Shown: in pieces, positions 54,139 to 63,527 of the stretch
Numbering within the stretch: the first letter of the stretch is position 1
Layout: every line of letters starts with the position of its first letter
Virus record (IMG/VR): IMGVR_UViG_3300038679_000131
Location: 34,839-98,838 of that record
DNA from: a virus
Strand: one strand, 5' to 3'
Length of the DNA stretch: 64,000 nt
The notes under the pieces: generated by a model
The model's database searches: none
Seen by the model: the letters and a program-made list of their open reading frames with translations, nothing else
Told to the model about the DNA's origin: nothing
Made by a program: the position numbers and the translations under genes

Positions 54139-55943
54139 GCAGATTAGGTAAACTTTTAACTGTAGTAAAAGACGTTCTGGACGTCCCTTCTAGTTGGCAA
54201 TTCATCAGTGGTCTTCCTCCTGATGATGAAGGGGTGATGAATGATGTTTACTCAGGGGTAGAGTTAGCCTATTCTTGCATTAGCTATACTGCTAAAGCTA
54301 TTGCCCAGGTGCCTTTGCGATTAATGAAATTTTCCAGAACAGGTAGTGAGCCTGTTCCTCAAAATCATCCATTACAAAGAATAATCAATCGCCCGAATTA
54401 CATGACGAACAGTATTTTGTTTCTTGAAGGAATCATTGTTAATTGGCTTATAGATGGGAATGTTTGTATTGTTCCTTATCCCACACCTGCTGTTCCTGAT
54501 TCTCTTTGGATTGCCAGATGGAAGTATATGGACTATAAAATTGATACTGTTACAGGACATTTACTTTATTGGGAATATCGTCCAAATGGGATAACAGCAA
54601 TTAAATTAAAACCAGAAGATGTTTTACATTTGAAATTCCATAATCCAAATGAACCAATTGATGGTATGGCTCCTTCTACTGCTGGCCGTTTGCCTATTCT
54701 GGAGTTTTACAAATCTTCTCGTTATAATCAGGCATTTTTTGATTCTGGAGCAATGCCTGGTGGGGTACTTTCTTCCCCTAACAAAGTTCATAATGATGTA
54801 ATTGAGAAAACAAGAGCACAATGGCGGGAGAAACATCAAGGTTATCAAAAGGCACATGAAATTGCCATTTTACAGCAAGGCTTGACTTATCAGGCAGTGG
54901 TTCCCTCTCATAAAGATATGGACTTCATAGAATTACGCAAATCTGATGAAGATGCAATAATGCGTATCTATGGAATGAAAAAGACAATTCTTTCTAAAAC
55001 AGAGAACGCTAATTATGCTATTTCAAGAGAGGAAAGGAAAGAATGGTGGATGGGTACTTGTCTACCATTAATGCGAATGATTGCTGATTCTCTGACTTTT
55101 GGTCTTATTCGGAATAATGAAAACCTACGTTATGAATTTGATACAACTGTTATTGAAGCTCTCCATGATGATACAGATACAGCAGTTAAAACGATGGAGA
55201 GATTGTTTCGGATGTCATTCACTCGGAATGAGCTTAATCGCAGATTTCATTTAGGATTTGACGAAAAACCATGGGGGAATGTTGCCTTTGTTCCTGTTAA
55301 TATGATGCCTGTAAATCAAGGCCCCATTGAGAATCCAGGACAGAATGTTGCTGATTCTCCCGATGTAGATGCACCTGTTAATAACATGAGAAGGAGTTTG
55401 TCTGAAGGATTACCTAATTTCTTCAAGTTATGTAATTCTGAATCCAATCGTTTTATGGAAAAGTATCGGAGATTCTTTTTCGATATGAGGTCCAGGTGTT
55501 TGAAGACTTTCAGAAATGATGGGGTAGAAGCCATTTTGAACATAAATTTTGATAATGAAATCAGTCGTTTTCATCAAACCCTTAACTCTGAGCTTGATTG
55601 TTTGATAGATAACGGACGTCAATTTTTTTCGGATTCATTTGATTTTGAACTTGACAATACTTCCCCCTTTATTATATCAGATGAGTCAAAGGACAGATTC
55701 ATTCGAGAGCGCAAAGCAGTTTTTACCGGAGTTACTGCGGAAGTACATAGACAGGTTCTCGAATTGTTACAAAAGGAAAGTGACAAAGAAAAAATTGATA
55801 AAGGAATAAGGCAAATCTTCAATTCAGCGGATAAGGAAGTAAAAGGTTTGGTAAAATATGAAATTCAAAGAGTTTTTGACTTTGCCTCTGTTAATTGTCT
55901 GAGGGCAATTGAGGGGCCTGAAAAAGAGGGAGAGAAAGAATGA
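54135..55943 (+). CDS. HK97-family portal protein with C-terminal extension
   Basis: CI..IA..IAQVP, RPN, GN, VLH.K..NP...GMAP, FF..GA.PGG, TRNEL. Confidence 0.92.
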   Translation: MSRLGKLLTVVKDVLDVPSSWQFISGLPPDDEGVMNDVYSGVELAYSCISYTAKAIAQVPLRLMKFSRTGSEPVPQNHPLQRIINRPNYMTNSILFLEGIIVNWLIDGNVCIVPYPTPAVPDSLWIARWKYMDYKIDTVTGHLLYWEYRPNGITAIKLKPEDVLHLKFHNPNEPIDGMAPSTAGRLPILEFYKSSRYNQAFFDSGAMPGGVLSSPNKVHNDVIEKTRAQWREKHQGYQKAHEIAILQQGLTYQAVVPSHKDMDFIELRKSDEDAIMRIYGMKKTILSKTENANYAISREERKEWWMGTCLPLMRMIADSLTFGLIRNNENLRYEFDTTVIEALHDDTDTAVKTMERLFRMSFTRNELNRRFHLGFDEKPWGNVAFVPVNMMPVNQGPIENPGQNVADSPDVDAPVNNMRRSLSEGLPNFFKLCNSESNRFMEKYRRFFFDMRSRCLKTFRNDGVEAILNINFDNEISRFHQTLNSELDCLIDNGRQFFSDSFDFELDNTSPFIISDESKDRFIRERKAVFTGVTAEVHRQVLELLQKESDKEKIDKGIRQIFNSADKEVKGLVKYEIQRVFDFASVNCLRAIEGPEKEGEKE

Positions 55944-57061
55944 GTTATATTTTGAAAGGCCCAGATGATCAGCCAATTCTCAGAAATGACAAAGAGGTTT
56001 ATGTTCAAGATTTTACAGGAGAAATTAAAGGAGTAAATCTTGAAAAACGAACTCTGTCCATTGTTGGTACAGATGAAACGAGAGATCGAGACGGTGATAT
56101 TATCAGGGTCAATGGCTGGATACTTGAGAATTATTTGAAGAATCCAGTTTTTCTTTGGGCTCATAATTATTCTTCTGTTCCTCTTGGTGCAACTTCTTCC
56201 CTTATCCGCCGTCGTAATCCAAGTCGTTTAGAATTTAAAGACATTCGCTTTCCCACTGAAGGTCTCAATCCTTTTGCTGATATGATTTTGCAACTTTATC
56301 AACAACAAATTATTAATGCCTCTAGTGTGGGATTCTTGCCCTACAAATGGCAAGACCTTGAAAAATCTGAAGATGCTGGCGATGAGCCTCCAATGTGGAG
56401 GTATGGTAGAGAATATGTAAAACAAGAATTGCTTGAACTTTCTGGTTGCCCTGTCCCATCTAATCCTTCTGCTCTCCAAAATGCGATCAAAAATTTTGCA
56501 GGTTCTGATATTCTTACTCAGAACCTTCTTAATTGTTTTGATAGAGGGATTGACAATTTGGAACATAAGGATGATATTCTTGAGGAACTTAGACTCAAAA
56601 ATGAGATTGATATAATTGATGAAGATCGTCCACACCAAGTTCAAGTACCTGAAAAAATTGAATCTGAACCTGAAGTAAAAACTGATTCTGAAGAAAAAAC
56701 TGAAACTGAAATTGAAATTGAACCTGAGGAAAAAGAAATAGAAACAGAAAATGAAACAAAAGCTGAACCTGAAAATGAGAAAGAAGAAATTCTTGACGTA
56801 GAGAGTAAAATTCCTGAAGGAGAAGGGGAGACCAAACAGGAATTTACTCTTAGTCAAGCTGATAAGGAATGGCTTGTTCAAACTATTAAAGAGATTGTTC
56901 AAGCCAACAAAGAAGAAATTCCGGCTAAGGCTCCCCAAGAGGCCCCAATTGAAGAAACCCCATCTGTTAATCCTGAAATGATAAAGTTTAATGAGGAAAT
57001 GGGGAGACTTAGAAAAGTCGCTAAAGAAATTGAGGAGGTAGTTAAAAATGCCACACATTAA
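55940..57061 (+). CDS. HK97-type prohead protease with acidic (scaffold-like) C-terminus
   Basis: DRDGDII...NPVFLWAHN...SSVGF...ELLELS.CPVPSNP.AL. Confidence 0.9.
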   Translation: MSYILKGPDDQPILRNDKEVYVQDFTGEIKGVNLEKRTLSIVGTDETRDRDGDIIRVNGWILENYLKNPVFLWAHNYSSVPLGATSSLIRRRNPSRLEFKDIRFPTEGLNPFADMILQLYQQQIINASSVGFLPYKWQDLEKSEDAGDEPPMWRYGREYVKQELLELSGCPVPSNPSALQNAIKNFAGSDILTQNLLNCFDRGIDNLEHKDDILEELRLKNEIDIIDEDRPHQVQVPEKIESEPEVKTDSEEKTETEIEIEPEEKEIETENETKAEPENEKEEILDVESKIPEGEGETKQEFTLSQADKEWLVQTIKEIVQANKEEIPAKAPQEAPIEETPSVNPEMIKFNEEMGRLRKVAKEIEEVVKNATH

Positions 57062-58298
57062 GGAATTAACGGATCTCGTTTCCGGTCTTGTAACCAGTGT
57101 TTCTGGTTTGAAGGATGTGGTGGAGCAAAATACTGCTGCGGTTGAGGCTTACAAAGAGGCGGCAGCTAAAGGCTTCACTATTCCTGCTCCCGGTGATCCT
57201 GATGGAGAACAGAAGAAAGAAGACTTGGGCATTTATGCTCCTTATGATCTTCTGGAACAGGGCAAACGTCTTACTGATGTTATTGCCCATCCTCGGTATC
57301 AAATGACTGATGCCAAACGTCAGGAATTGGCAAAGTATTTTATTTTGCTGATTAAAGCTGGTGCAATGAATGACCATAACGCCAAAGACGCTTTTCACAA
57401 GCAGTATGGTGAAATCAGTAAGGGCTCTTTGGTTGACATTGGTGATCCTGGGAATGCCTTCCCCCTTCCGGAACCTCTGGCCACTGAAATTCTCGCTTAC
57501 GCCCGTGAGAATAGTGTAGTTCTTCAGAAGGCTAGAATGTGGAACATGACTTCAGATAAACAGGAATTTCCAGTTGAGACTGGTGGGGCTTCTGTGAACT
57601 GGGGTAATGAGACTGAGGAAGGTGGCCCGACCATCAGTGAAGTGGAACTCTCGGCGGAGGAGCTTTCCAGCTACGCCACTGTGAAGAACACCACTCTTGC
57701 TGATTCTATTTCGGACATCGTTTCGTGGATTGCTGAAGTAATGGCTAATGCTGCTGGTCTTGAATTGGACAATCAGGCTTTTAATGGTACTGGTTCTCCT
57801 TTCCAAGGTTTGCTTACTTACGCAGGGAAGTCTGTTACTTTCGCTGCTGGTGAGACTGGTTTTGATGATGTCTCGTTTGACTATCTCTCTGAAGTTCTTA
57901 CCAAACTCCCTGGTAAACGGAAGATTGGTGCTCAGTGGTTTATGAGTGGCGAAGTTTTCCACTATATTCGGGTGCTTAAAGACCTGAATGATCGTCCTAT
58001 CTTCATTGATAGTGTTGCTGCTGGCGATCCCACTGCTGCTGGTCAGACCGGTCGGATTCTTGGCTATCCTTGGAATGAAGTAACCAATATGCCGACCACT
58101 TCGGCAGCCAATACTCCGTATATCGTTTTTGGTAATTTGATGAACTTGGTTCTTGGTCGCCGTTTGAACTCTACTGCTCTGATGGTTAACCCCTATGCAG
58201 AGTGGAAGAAGAATCGGACTCTTTTCAAGATTTATCAGCGTTGGGGTATGAAGATTGCCTTGGCTGATAATTTTGTTCGGGTTCTGACTCATTCGTAA
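57048..58298 (+). CDS. Major capsid protein (HK97 fold)
   Basis: P.PL..EI, W..E, L.DS, D.Q.FNGTG, LKD.N.RPIF, ILGYP, FGNL; position after the protease. Confidence 0.92.
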   Translation: MPHIKELTDLVSGLVTSVSGLKDVVEQNTAAVEAYKEAAAKGFTIPAPGDPDGEQKKEDLGIYAPYDLLEQGKRLTDVIAHPRYQMTDAKRQELAKYFILLIKAGAMNDHNAKDAFHKQYGEISKGSLVDIGDPGNAFPLPEPLATEILAYARENSVVLQKARMWNMTSDKQEFPVETGGASVNWGNETEEGGPTISEVELSAEELSSYATVKNTTLADSISDIVSWIAEVMANAAGLELDNQAFNGTGSPFQGLLTYAGKSVTFAAGETGFDDVSFDYLSEVLTKLPGKRKIGAQWFMSGEVFHYIRVLKDLNDRPIFIDSVAAGDPTAAGQTGRILGYPWNEVTNMPTTSAANTPYIVFGNLMNLVLGRRLNSTALMVNPYAEWKKNRTLFKIYQRWGMKIALADNFVRVLTHS

Positions 58299-58348
58299 GT
58301 AGTATGGTTCTTCGGAGCCCTTAAAGTTCAGCTTAGGAGGAAAGTAAC

Positions 58349-58765
58349 ATGGCGCTTTCTGCAAATCGTTTCTCCAGAAAGATTGTTGGGGACGTAATTG
58401 AGTTGCCAGTTTATACTGGTGTACACATTTACGCTGGTGGTTTTGTTTGTGTAAATACTGGTCATGGTTATGCCATTCCTGGTGCTGATGCTTCTGGCAA
58501 TCTCTGTATGGGTATTGCTGAAAGTGAAGCTGATAACACTAATGGCGCTAGCGGTGACATTGTTGTTCGGGTTCGTCGGACTGGTGTTTTTCTGATGGCC
58601 GCCACTAGTATTGCTATTACTAGTGTTGGTGTAGTTATGTATGTGGTAGACGACCAGACCTTTGATGAAACTCAGGCAGGTAACTCTGTTAAAGCTGGTG
58701 TTTTGGTGAAATATGTCTCGGCCACTTCTGGTTGGATTGACATTGGTCGTGTCACCACTCCGTAA
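58349..58765 (+). CDS. Capsid decoration/cement protein (DUF2190-like)
   Basis: PVYTG..IYAGG.V....GYA.P...GIA......G..G...V.V.RTGVF...VYVVDD.T. Confidence 0.7.
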   Translation: MALSANRFSRKIVGDVIELPVYTGVHIYAGGFVCVNTGHGYAIPGADASGNLCMGIAESEADNTNGASGDIVVRVRRTGVFLMAATSIAITSVGVVMYVVDDQTFDETQAGNSVKAGVLVKYVSATSGWIDIGRVTTP

Positions 58766-58789
58766 TTAATGTTTTAAAGGAGGTAGCTG

Positions 58790-59818
58790 ATGAGTGTAAG
58801 AAGGTTCCGTGCTGATAAAATCAAATATCCCGTTTATACTGGGACTACCATCGCCAAAGATGATTTGGTTGCCATTAATGCAAACGGCTATGCTATCCCC
58901 GCCACAGATACCGCAGGATTGAGATTTGTTGGTGTCTGTGCTAAGGGAGTAGTAAATGCTGGTGCAAGCGGGGCGATAGAGGTAGAGGTTCATCGTACTG
59001 GTGTTATCAGTATGGCTGCTACCTCTATCGCTGTAACTCAACTTGGCGATACCATGTATGTGGTTGACAAGAACACTTTTGATGAAACCTCAAACAATAG
59101 CATTGCTTGTGGTATTCTTGTCAAGCGCATTTCTAATACTGTTGGTTGGCTGTATTTTGGCCCCGGCGGTATTTCCAAACCTGTTTCTGCTAACGGCGGT
59201 TACACCACATCTCGGGAAACAAATGTAGCTGGTCTTTCTTCTGCCATTACTTTGTGTACTGAGATACGTTTGGACATGATTGCCCATTTTGCTAATGCTA
59301 CTCGGCACACTACTGGACAGCAATCTTCTGCTGCTTTTGGTGCTGTTCCTACTACTTTGGCAACTTTATTAGCAACTGCCGGGACTTTGTTGACTGCTTT
59401 TGCTGCTCATAATGCTGATGCAATTTTGGGCAGTGGATGGGCATATCATACTGCTCAAGCTGCTGATAAGGTTCTGACTAGTGCAGTTACACCTGCAACC
59501 CTTCAACAGGCTATTACCCGCCTTGTTGATTTGAAGGCTAAGTATAACGATCACGAGGATGAGACTACTGGTCATGCTGGCCAGGCTTCTGTTACAGCAA
59601 ACCAAGTGGCTGCTGCTGATGCTGATTATGGTGCAGCTATCTTAGTTCCTGACAGCAAAATACAGGCTGATGACTTGATTTACTGGACCATTCTTGATAA
59701 TGGAACTGGCAATGTTACTGGGGTAAGTGCAGTTGCTTCGGAAGGTGGGATTACTTTCACCTTCTCTGCTGATCCTCAGAATGATTCCATTATCAGTTAT
59801 GAGGCCATTCGATTATAA
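58790..59818 (+). CDS. Second decoration paralog with an Ala/Thr-rich extension
   Basis: N-terminal ~125 aa are clearly paralogous to 58349..58765. Confidence 0.7.
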   Translation: MSVRRFRADKIKYPVYTGTTIAKDDLVAINANGYAIPATDTAGLRFVGVCAKGVVNAGASGAIEVEVHRTGVISMAATSIAVTQLGDTMYVVDKNTFDETSNNSIACGILVKRISNTVGWLYFGPGGISKPVSANGGYTTSRETNVAGLSSAITLCTEIRLDMIAHFANATRHTTGQQSSAAFGAVPTTLATLLATAGTLLTAFAAHNADAILGSGWAYHTAQAADKVLTSAVTPATLQQAITRLVDLKAKYNDHEDETTGHAGQASVTANQVAAADADYGAAILVPDSKIQADDLIYWTILDNGTGNVTGVSAVASEGGITFTFSADPQNDSIISYEAIRL

Positions 59819-59820
59819 AT

Positions 59821-59905
59821 GTGTCCCTTTGCCGCCGCTGTTGACCCCTAAAAAAGACCTCTGGGGGCTTCGTCCCCCAGGGGCAACTCCTGGCAAAGGA
59901 GGCAC
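59821..59905 (+). terminator. Nested stem-loop after the head genes (terminator or attenuator)
   Basis: CTGGGGG-cttcgt-CCCCCAG inside CCTTTGCC/GGCAAAGG, with T-rich sequence downstream. Confidence 0.5.
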
Positions 59906-60071
59906 TAATGCTTTGTTTTTATAACAACAAGATAGTCCAATCTGATAAGAAGTATTTTCTCTATTGTCCTAAGGGTCACGGAAATTTCCCTATTTCCCAA
60001 TTTGCTGAAGGGATTCCAAAGTGCCCGACCTGCGGAGAAAATCTTTTGAAGATGGAAGGAGTGATACAAAA

Positions 60072-60452
60072 ATGAAAGTAACTGATAAAACAAATGCAAT
60101 TACTTTTAAGTGTGATGGGTGCGGAGAAGAAATAGTAACTATCAATGATATTGTTAGTTTGGGTTGTACTAAATCAAGTTGTTTCAATAAAAAGGTTATT
60201 TTTTCTGAAGATGTCCTTCGCCGCCCACATGGTTTGGACGCATGGCAGAAATGTACTGCTGGTGTAGCTTATGATTCTGGCTATCTTAGTGGAACAGTTT
60301 TGTCTAAAGTATATGAAATTAAAAAGGCAGAGGAGACAAAAGAAGTTAAGAAAGTTCCTGAGTCTATTGCCCAATTCGAGGAAAAAAAGCCTGAAGTAAA
60401 AGTTGAGGAAAAGAAATTAACTACTCCTCAATCTAGGTTAAGAAAGTCATAA
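60072..60452 (+). CDS. Zn-binding hypothetical protein; start reassigned to ATG 60072
   Basis: AAGGAGTGA RBS; CDGC...C....C. Confidence 0.55.
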   Translation: MKVTDKTNAITFKCDGCGEEIVTINDIVSLGCTKSSCFNKKVIFSEDVLRRPHGLDAWQKCTAGVAYDSGYLSGTVLSKVYEIKKAEETKEVKKVPESIAQFEEKKPEVKVEEKKLTTPQSRLRKS

Positions 60453-60461
60453 GGATTTTTC

Positions 60462-61052
60462 ATGGATCTGACTACATTAGCTGAAGTAAAAGAATATTTA
60501 CAGACTACAGGTTCCCCAATAGGAACTGATTTTGATTCTTTAATTGAGAGTATCATTATTCCATCTGTTAGTCAGATGATTGAAAAATATTGTTCACGCA
60601 CATTTGGTGAGGCTACTTACGTTGAATACCATGATGGGGGAGGAGATTTTGTCTTTGTAAAAAACCCCCCTATCGTTTCCATCACTTCAATTTATGAGGA
60701 TGATGAATGGGAGTGGGATTCTACTCATCTTGTCCCGGCAACAGACTATGTGAGCTTCATTACGAGTATCGGTTATAAGAGCGGGAAATGGCCCTACGCC
60801 GTTCGATCAATCAAGATAACGTATATCGGGGGCTATGTCTATACTGCATCGGCTGGACATACTACGCTTCCTGACGATATAAAATATGCTGCTTTACTGC
60901 AAGTAGCTTATTCTTTCAAAAGAAGAAAGGACGTAGGATTACAATCTGTCTCTTATCCTGATGGAAGTATTCAAAAATTTGATGTAGGTCCATTGTTAGG
61001 TGAGGTTAAAGGTTATTTGGCTCCTTATGACTTAACGGAAATATCCTCATGA
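60462..61052 (+). CDS. Head-tail adaptor (gp6/gp15-like)
   Basis: LTTLAEVKEYL...IEKYCSR...PIVSITSI...ITYIGGY...LPDDIK.A. Confidence 0.85.
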   Translation: MDLTTLAEVKEYLQTTGSPIGTDFDSLIESIIIPSVSQMIEKYCSRTFGEATYVEYHDGGGDFVFVKNPPIVSITSIYEDDEWEWDSTHLVPATDYVSFITSIGYKSGKWPYAVRSIKITYIGGYVYTASAGHTTLPDDIKYAALLQVAYSFKRRKDVGLQSVSYPDGSIQKFDVGPLLGEVKGYLAPYDLTEISS

Positions 61053-61624
61053 CTTATATTAGGGCTGCTGCTTGCATTGCAGAATTTCAAATGAAATTGT
61101 GGGAGGAAGTAAGAGAAATCCTTCGTTTTCGTTGCAATGACTTGTTGTCCTATACAAGAATGAGGTTTTTGTCACATAAAAGCGGAATAAGTGTTGGTAT
61201 AAAATCAGGAAGGTTGGCAGGAAGTGGGTCAGTAAGAGAACCTTATCGCAGAGGACTTAAAATATTTGCTGGTATCAAATATAATGCCAGAGACCCTAAA
61301 ACAGGATATAATTATGCTTTTTCTCATTTTAGAAACCCTGGTAAATCTTCAATGGTTGTGATTGTACCAAGAAATAAACGAGCTTTGGCTATTCCTATAG
61401 AAGGGGCAGGAAGCACATATGGTGGAAATACCTTTGCTAGAGCGGGAATGCTTTTTGTTAGAAATTCTTTTGATCCTTATGATTTTACCCCTGTTGCAAT
61501 TTTAAAACAGAAAGTTACTTACCCGAGACGCATTGATGTTGAAAATCATCTCCTTGCTTATATAAATCCAAAAATTGAAGCTGATATAGCGGCAGTAGTT
61601 AATAGATATAGGTGTAAACAATGA
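61049..61624 (+). CDS. Neck or tail-completion protein (putative)
   Basis: SGRLAGS, IVP..KRALAIP; gene order. Confidence 0.55.
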   Translation: MTYIRAAACIAEFQMKLWEEVREILRFRCNDLLSYTRMRFLSHKSGISVGIKSGRLAGSGSVREPYRRGLKIFAGIKYNARDPKTGYNYAFSHFRNPGKSSMVVIVPRNKRALAIPIEGAGSTYGGNTFARAGMLFVRNSFDPYDFTPVAILKQKVTYPRRIDVENHLLAYINPKIEADIAAVVNRYRCKQ

Positions 61625-62079
61625 CAGATATTCCAATTAAAACTTTAGTAATGACAGCAATAGGACAAGCTTTTACCACCATTACTTCACTTAAATCTGT
61701 TAATCGTTGGAGAAATGCTCCTGTAGATGTAGATAATTTATCTTTTCCTTGTTTATTTTTTTATGAAATAGGGGAAGTTCCAATTCCTCGTAATCGTTTA
61801 ATGATGAATGAAATTCGTTTAATTGTTGATGTTTATGTAGATATTCCAAGCAAAGGATATGAAGATTTTTCAGATGATGCAGATATTTTGCAAGCTTATA
61901 TTCATAATGCTATGTTTTCAATAACAAATAAAGAATTGTTAAAAGGGTTAGTTCTTGAGTGTCAACAGGGGCCTGTTAAAAAGGAAGAGGCTAATGACAC
62001 TATTGGCTTATTAAGAATGGAGTTTTCTATTACTTATGGTCACAGCATGGGAAATGCTTTTACCCATGTAAATTACTAA
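61621..62079 (+). CDS. Tail terminator (putative)
   Basis: Size, FPCL motif, position before the tube gene. Confidence 0.55.
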   Translation: MTDIPIKTLVMTAIGQAFTTITSLKSVNRWRNAPVDVDNLSFPCLFFYEIGEVPIPRNRLMMNEIRLIVDVYVDIPSKGYEDFSDDADILQAYIHNAMFSITNKELLKGLVLECQQGPVKKEEANDTIGLLRMEFSITYGHSMGNAFTHVNY

Positions 62080-62095
62080 AGTGGAGGATTGAAGG

Positions 62096-62719
62096 ATGCC
62101 AACGGCTCCGAACACAGACAACTATACTGTACCTGGTGGTATTAAGCTTTTTGTGGACACTGGGTCTGGTGAGAGAGACTTGGGCAACATTGTTGAAATT
62201 GATTTGGAGCCCGGGTCAGACGTCCTCGAACATTTTACCAACCGTCCTGGAAAACGGACAAAAGACAAAGAAATTGTTTTGGAAGACAAACTCATGATTA
62301 ATTTCACAATGGATGAACCCAATCTTGAAAACATGAGATTGTTTTTCAGAGGTGGCGATGACATTGCAGATGGCATTGGTAGGAAAATGCCTATTGCTTC
62401 GTTGGCCTCTATTGAAGGTACAGTCAGAATGGAGTGTTTTCCTTCTACTGGCCGGGGTATTTCTTGGGAACTTTACTTTGGAAAAGCTTCTATCAAATCC
62501 AAGGGTGCTATGAAGTTGGACGATAAGACTTGGATGCCTGTTCCAATGGTTATTGAAGTTCTGAATAACGAAGATGTAGATGCGACTTATCCTTTTGGCT
62601 GGTATAAGATTTATGAGTCTGCCCCTAGTGGCAGTCCTTCTAAGTCTCCTAGTCTGAGCCCATCTTCCTCGCCCAGCACTAGCCCAAGTCTGAGCCCAAG
62701 TGTGTCTCCTTCAACCTAA
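62096..62719 (+). CDS. Major tail tube protein with a C-terminal Ser-Pro tail
   Basis: NYTVPGGIKLF...RDLGN...F..DE...ENM..F; ends SAPSGSPSKSPSLSPSSSPSTSPSLSPSVSPST. Confidence 0.75.
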   Translation: MPTAPNTDNYTVPGGIKLFVDTGSGERDLGNIVEIDLEPGSDVLEHFTNRPGKRTKDKEIVLEDKLMINFTMDEPNLENMRLFFRGGDDIADGIGRKMPIASLASIEGTVRMECFPSTGRGISWELYFGKASIKSKGAMKLDDKTWMPVPMVIEVLNNEDVDATYPFGWYKIYESAPSGSPSKSPSLSPSSSPSTSPSLSPSVSPST

Positions 62720-62767
62720 TGAAGGATTAGGATTTAATAAGTGAGATTAAAAAAGGGAAAAAATATT

Positions 62768-63202
62768 ATGGGCGGCAAACCCGAAGTGAATGAAGGTCTG
62801 GCTATTTTTGGTGAAGTCACAATCGAAGGTTTTACTGTTAAACCATGGACCCTCAAGCAAGTTATTCAACTTACCTCTGTTTTGAAGATGATGGTTTCAA
62901 ATCTTCAAGAAAATGGAATTGATTTTTCAAATTTAGAGAGAGAAGTTGATCCTAAGCTTATCGTAGGCTTGCTTGAGGGCATTGCTCCTGTTCTTCCTCA
63001 GCTTATTGCAGTCTCTTTGAGATTTGACAATGTAAGTGAAGCTGAGGAAATGGAATGGGGGAAAGCAGTGGCAATAGGAACACAAATTTTTGTTCTTAAT
63101 TGGAATCACATAAAAAACTTTCTAGGCCAGATTTGGGGAGGGGTGGAGACCTTGAAAATGGCCGATCAGATGAAGACGAACTCTCCATCACCTCTACAAT
63201 AG
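62768..63202 (+). CDS. Tail assembly chaperone (G-like); start uncertain (ATG 62768 or GTG 62741)
   Basis: Lies between the tube and tape measure genes. Confidence 0.7.
   Translation: MGGKPEVNEGLAIFGEVTIEGFTVKPWTLKQVIQLTSVLKMMVSNLQENGIDFSNLEREVDPKLIVGLLEGIAPVLPQLIAVSLRFDNVSEAEEMEWGKAVAIGTQIFVLNWNHIKNFLGQIWGGVETLKMADQMKTNSPSPLQ
63112..63118 (+). other. -1 programmed frameshift site A AAA AAC giving the G-T fusion (continues to 63528)
   Basis: In-frame slippery heptamer; the 63100..63528 ORF is in the -1 frame. Confidence 0.75.
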
Positions 63203-63527
63203 CTTTACTTGTTAAAGAGGGACATAGGCATAAGGATATTATTGATGGGTATTCTTATGAATATGTCATTATTTTAGTAAAGGCTATTTTGAGGAATAGG
63301 AAATTGGAGGCTGTAGATCATGCAATGAGCACCCTGATTGCGGTCAGTCATGCTCTTGATATGTCATTTAACAAAGGTAAGGGGAGAATTTTTGACTCAT
63401 GGGTAGAGAAGTTGCTTGGGAAAAAACCGCCTTTAGCAACTTCTTCTATTTCTAAGTCAGGGAAGAAATTAATGTCAGAAAAATTTGAAAGTTTCTTATT
63501 TAATGAAATGCCAAGGAAGGATAGCTA

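Noticed and set aside
56228-58364. Long minus-strand ORFs opposite the protease and capsid genes (also 12193..12642+, 29491..30120+, 42182..42817-)
   Set aside because: Antisense shadows of well-supported genes, with no recognisable motifs.
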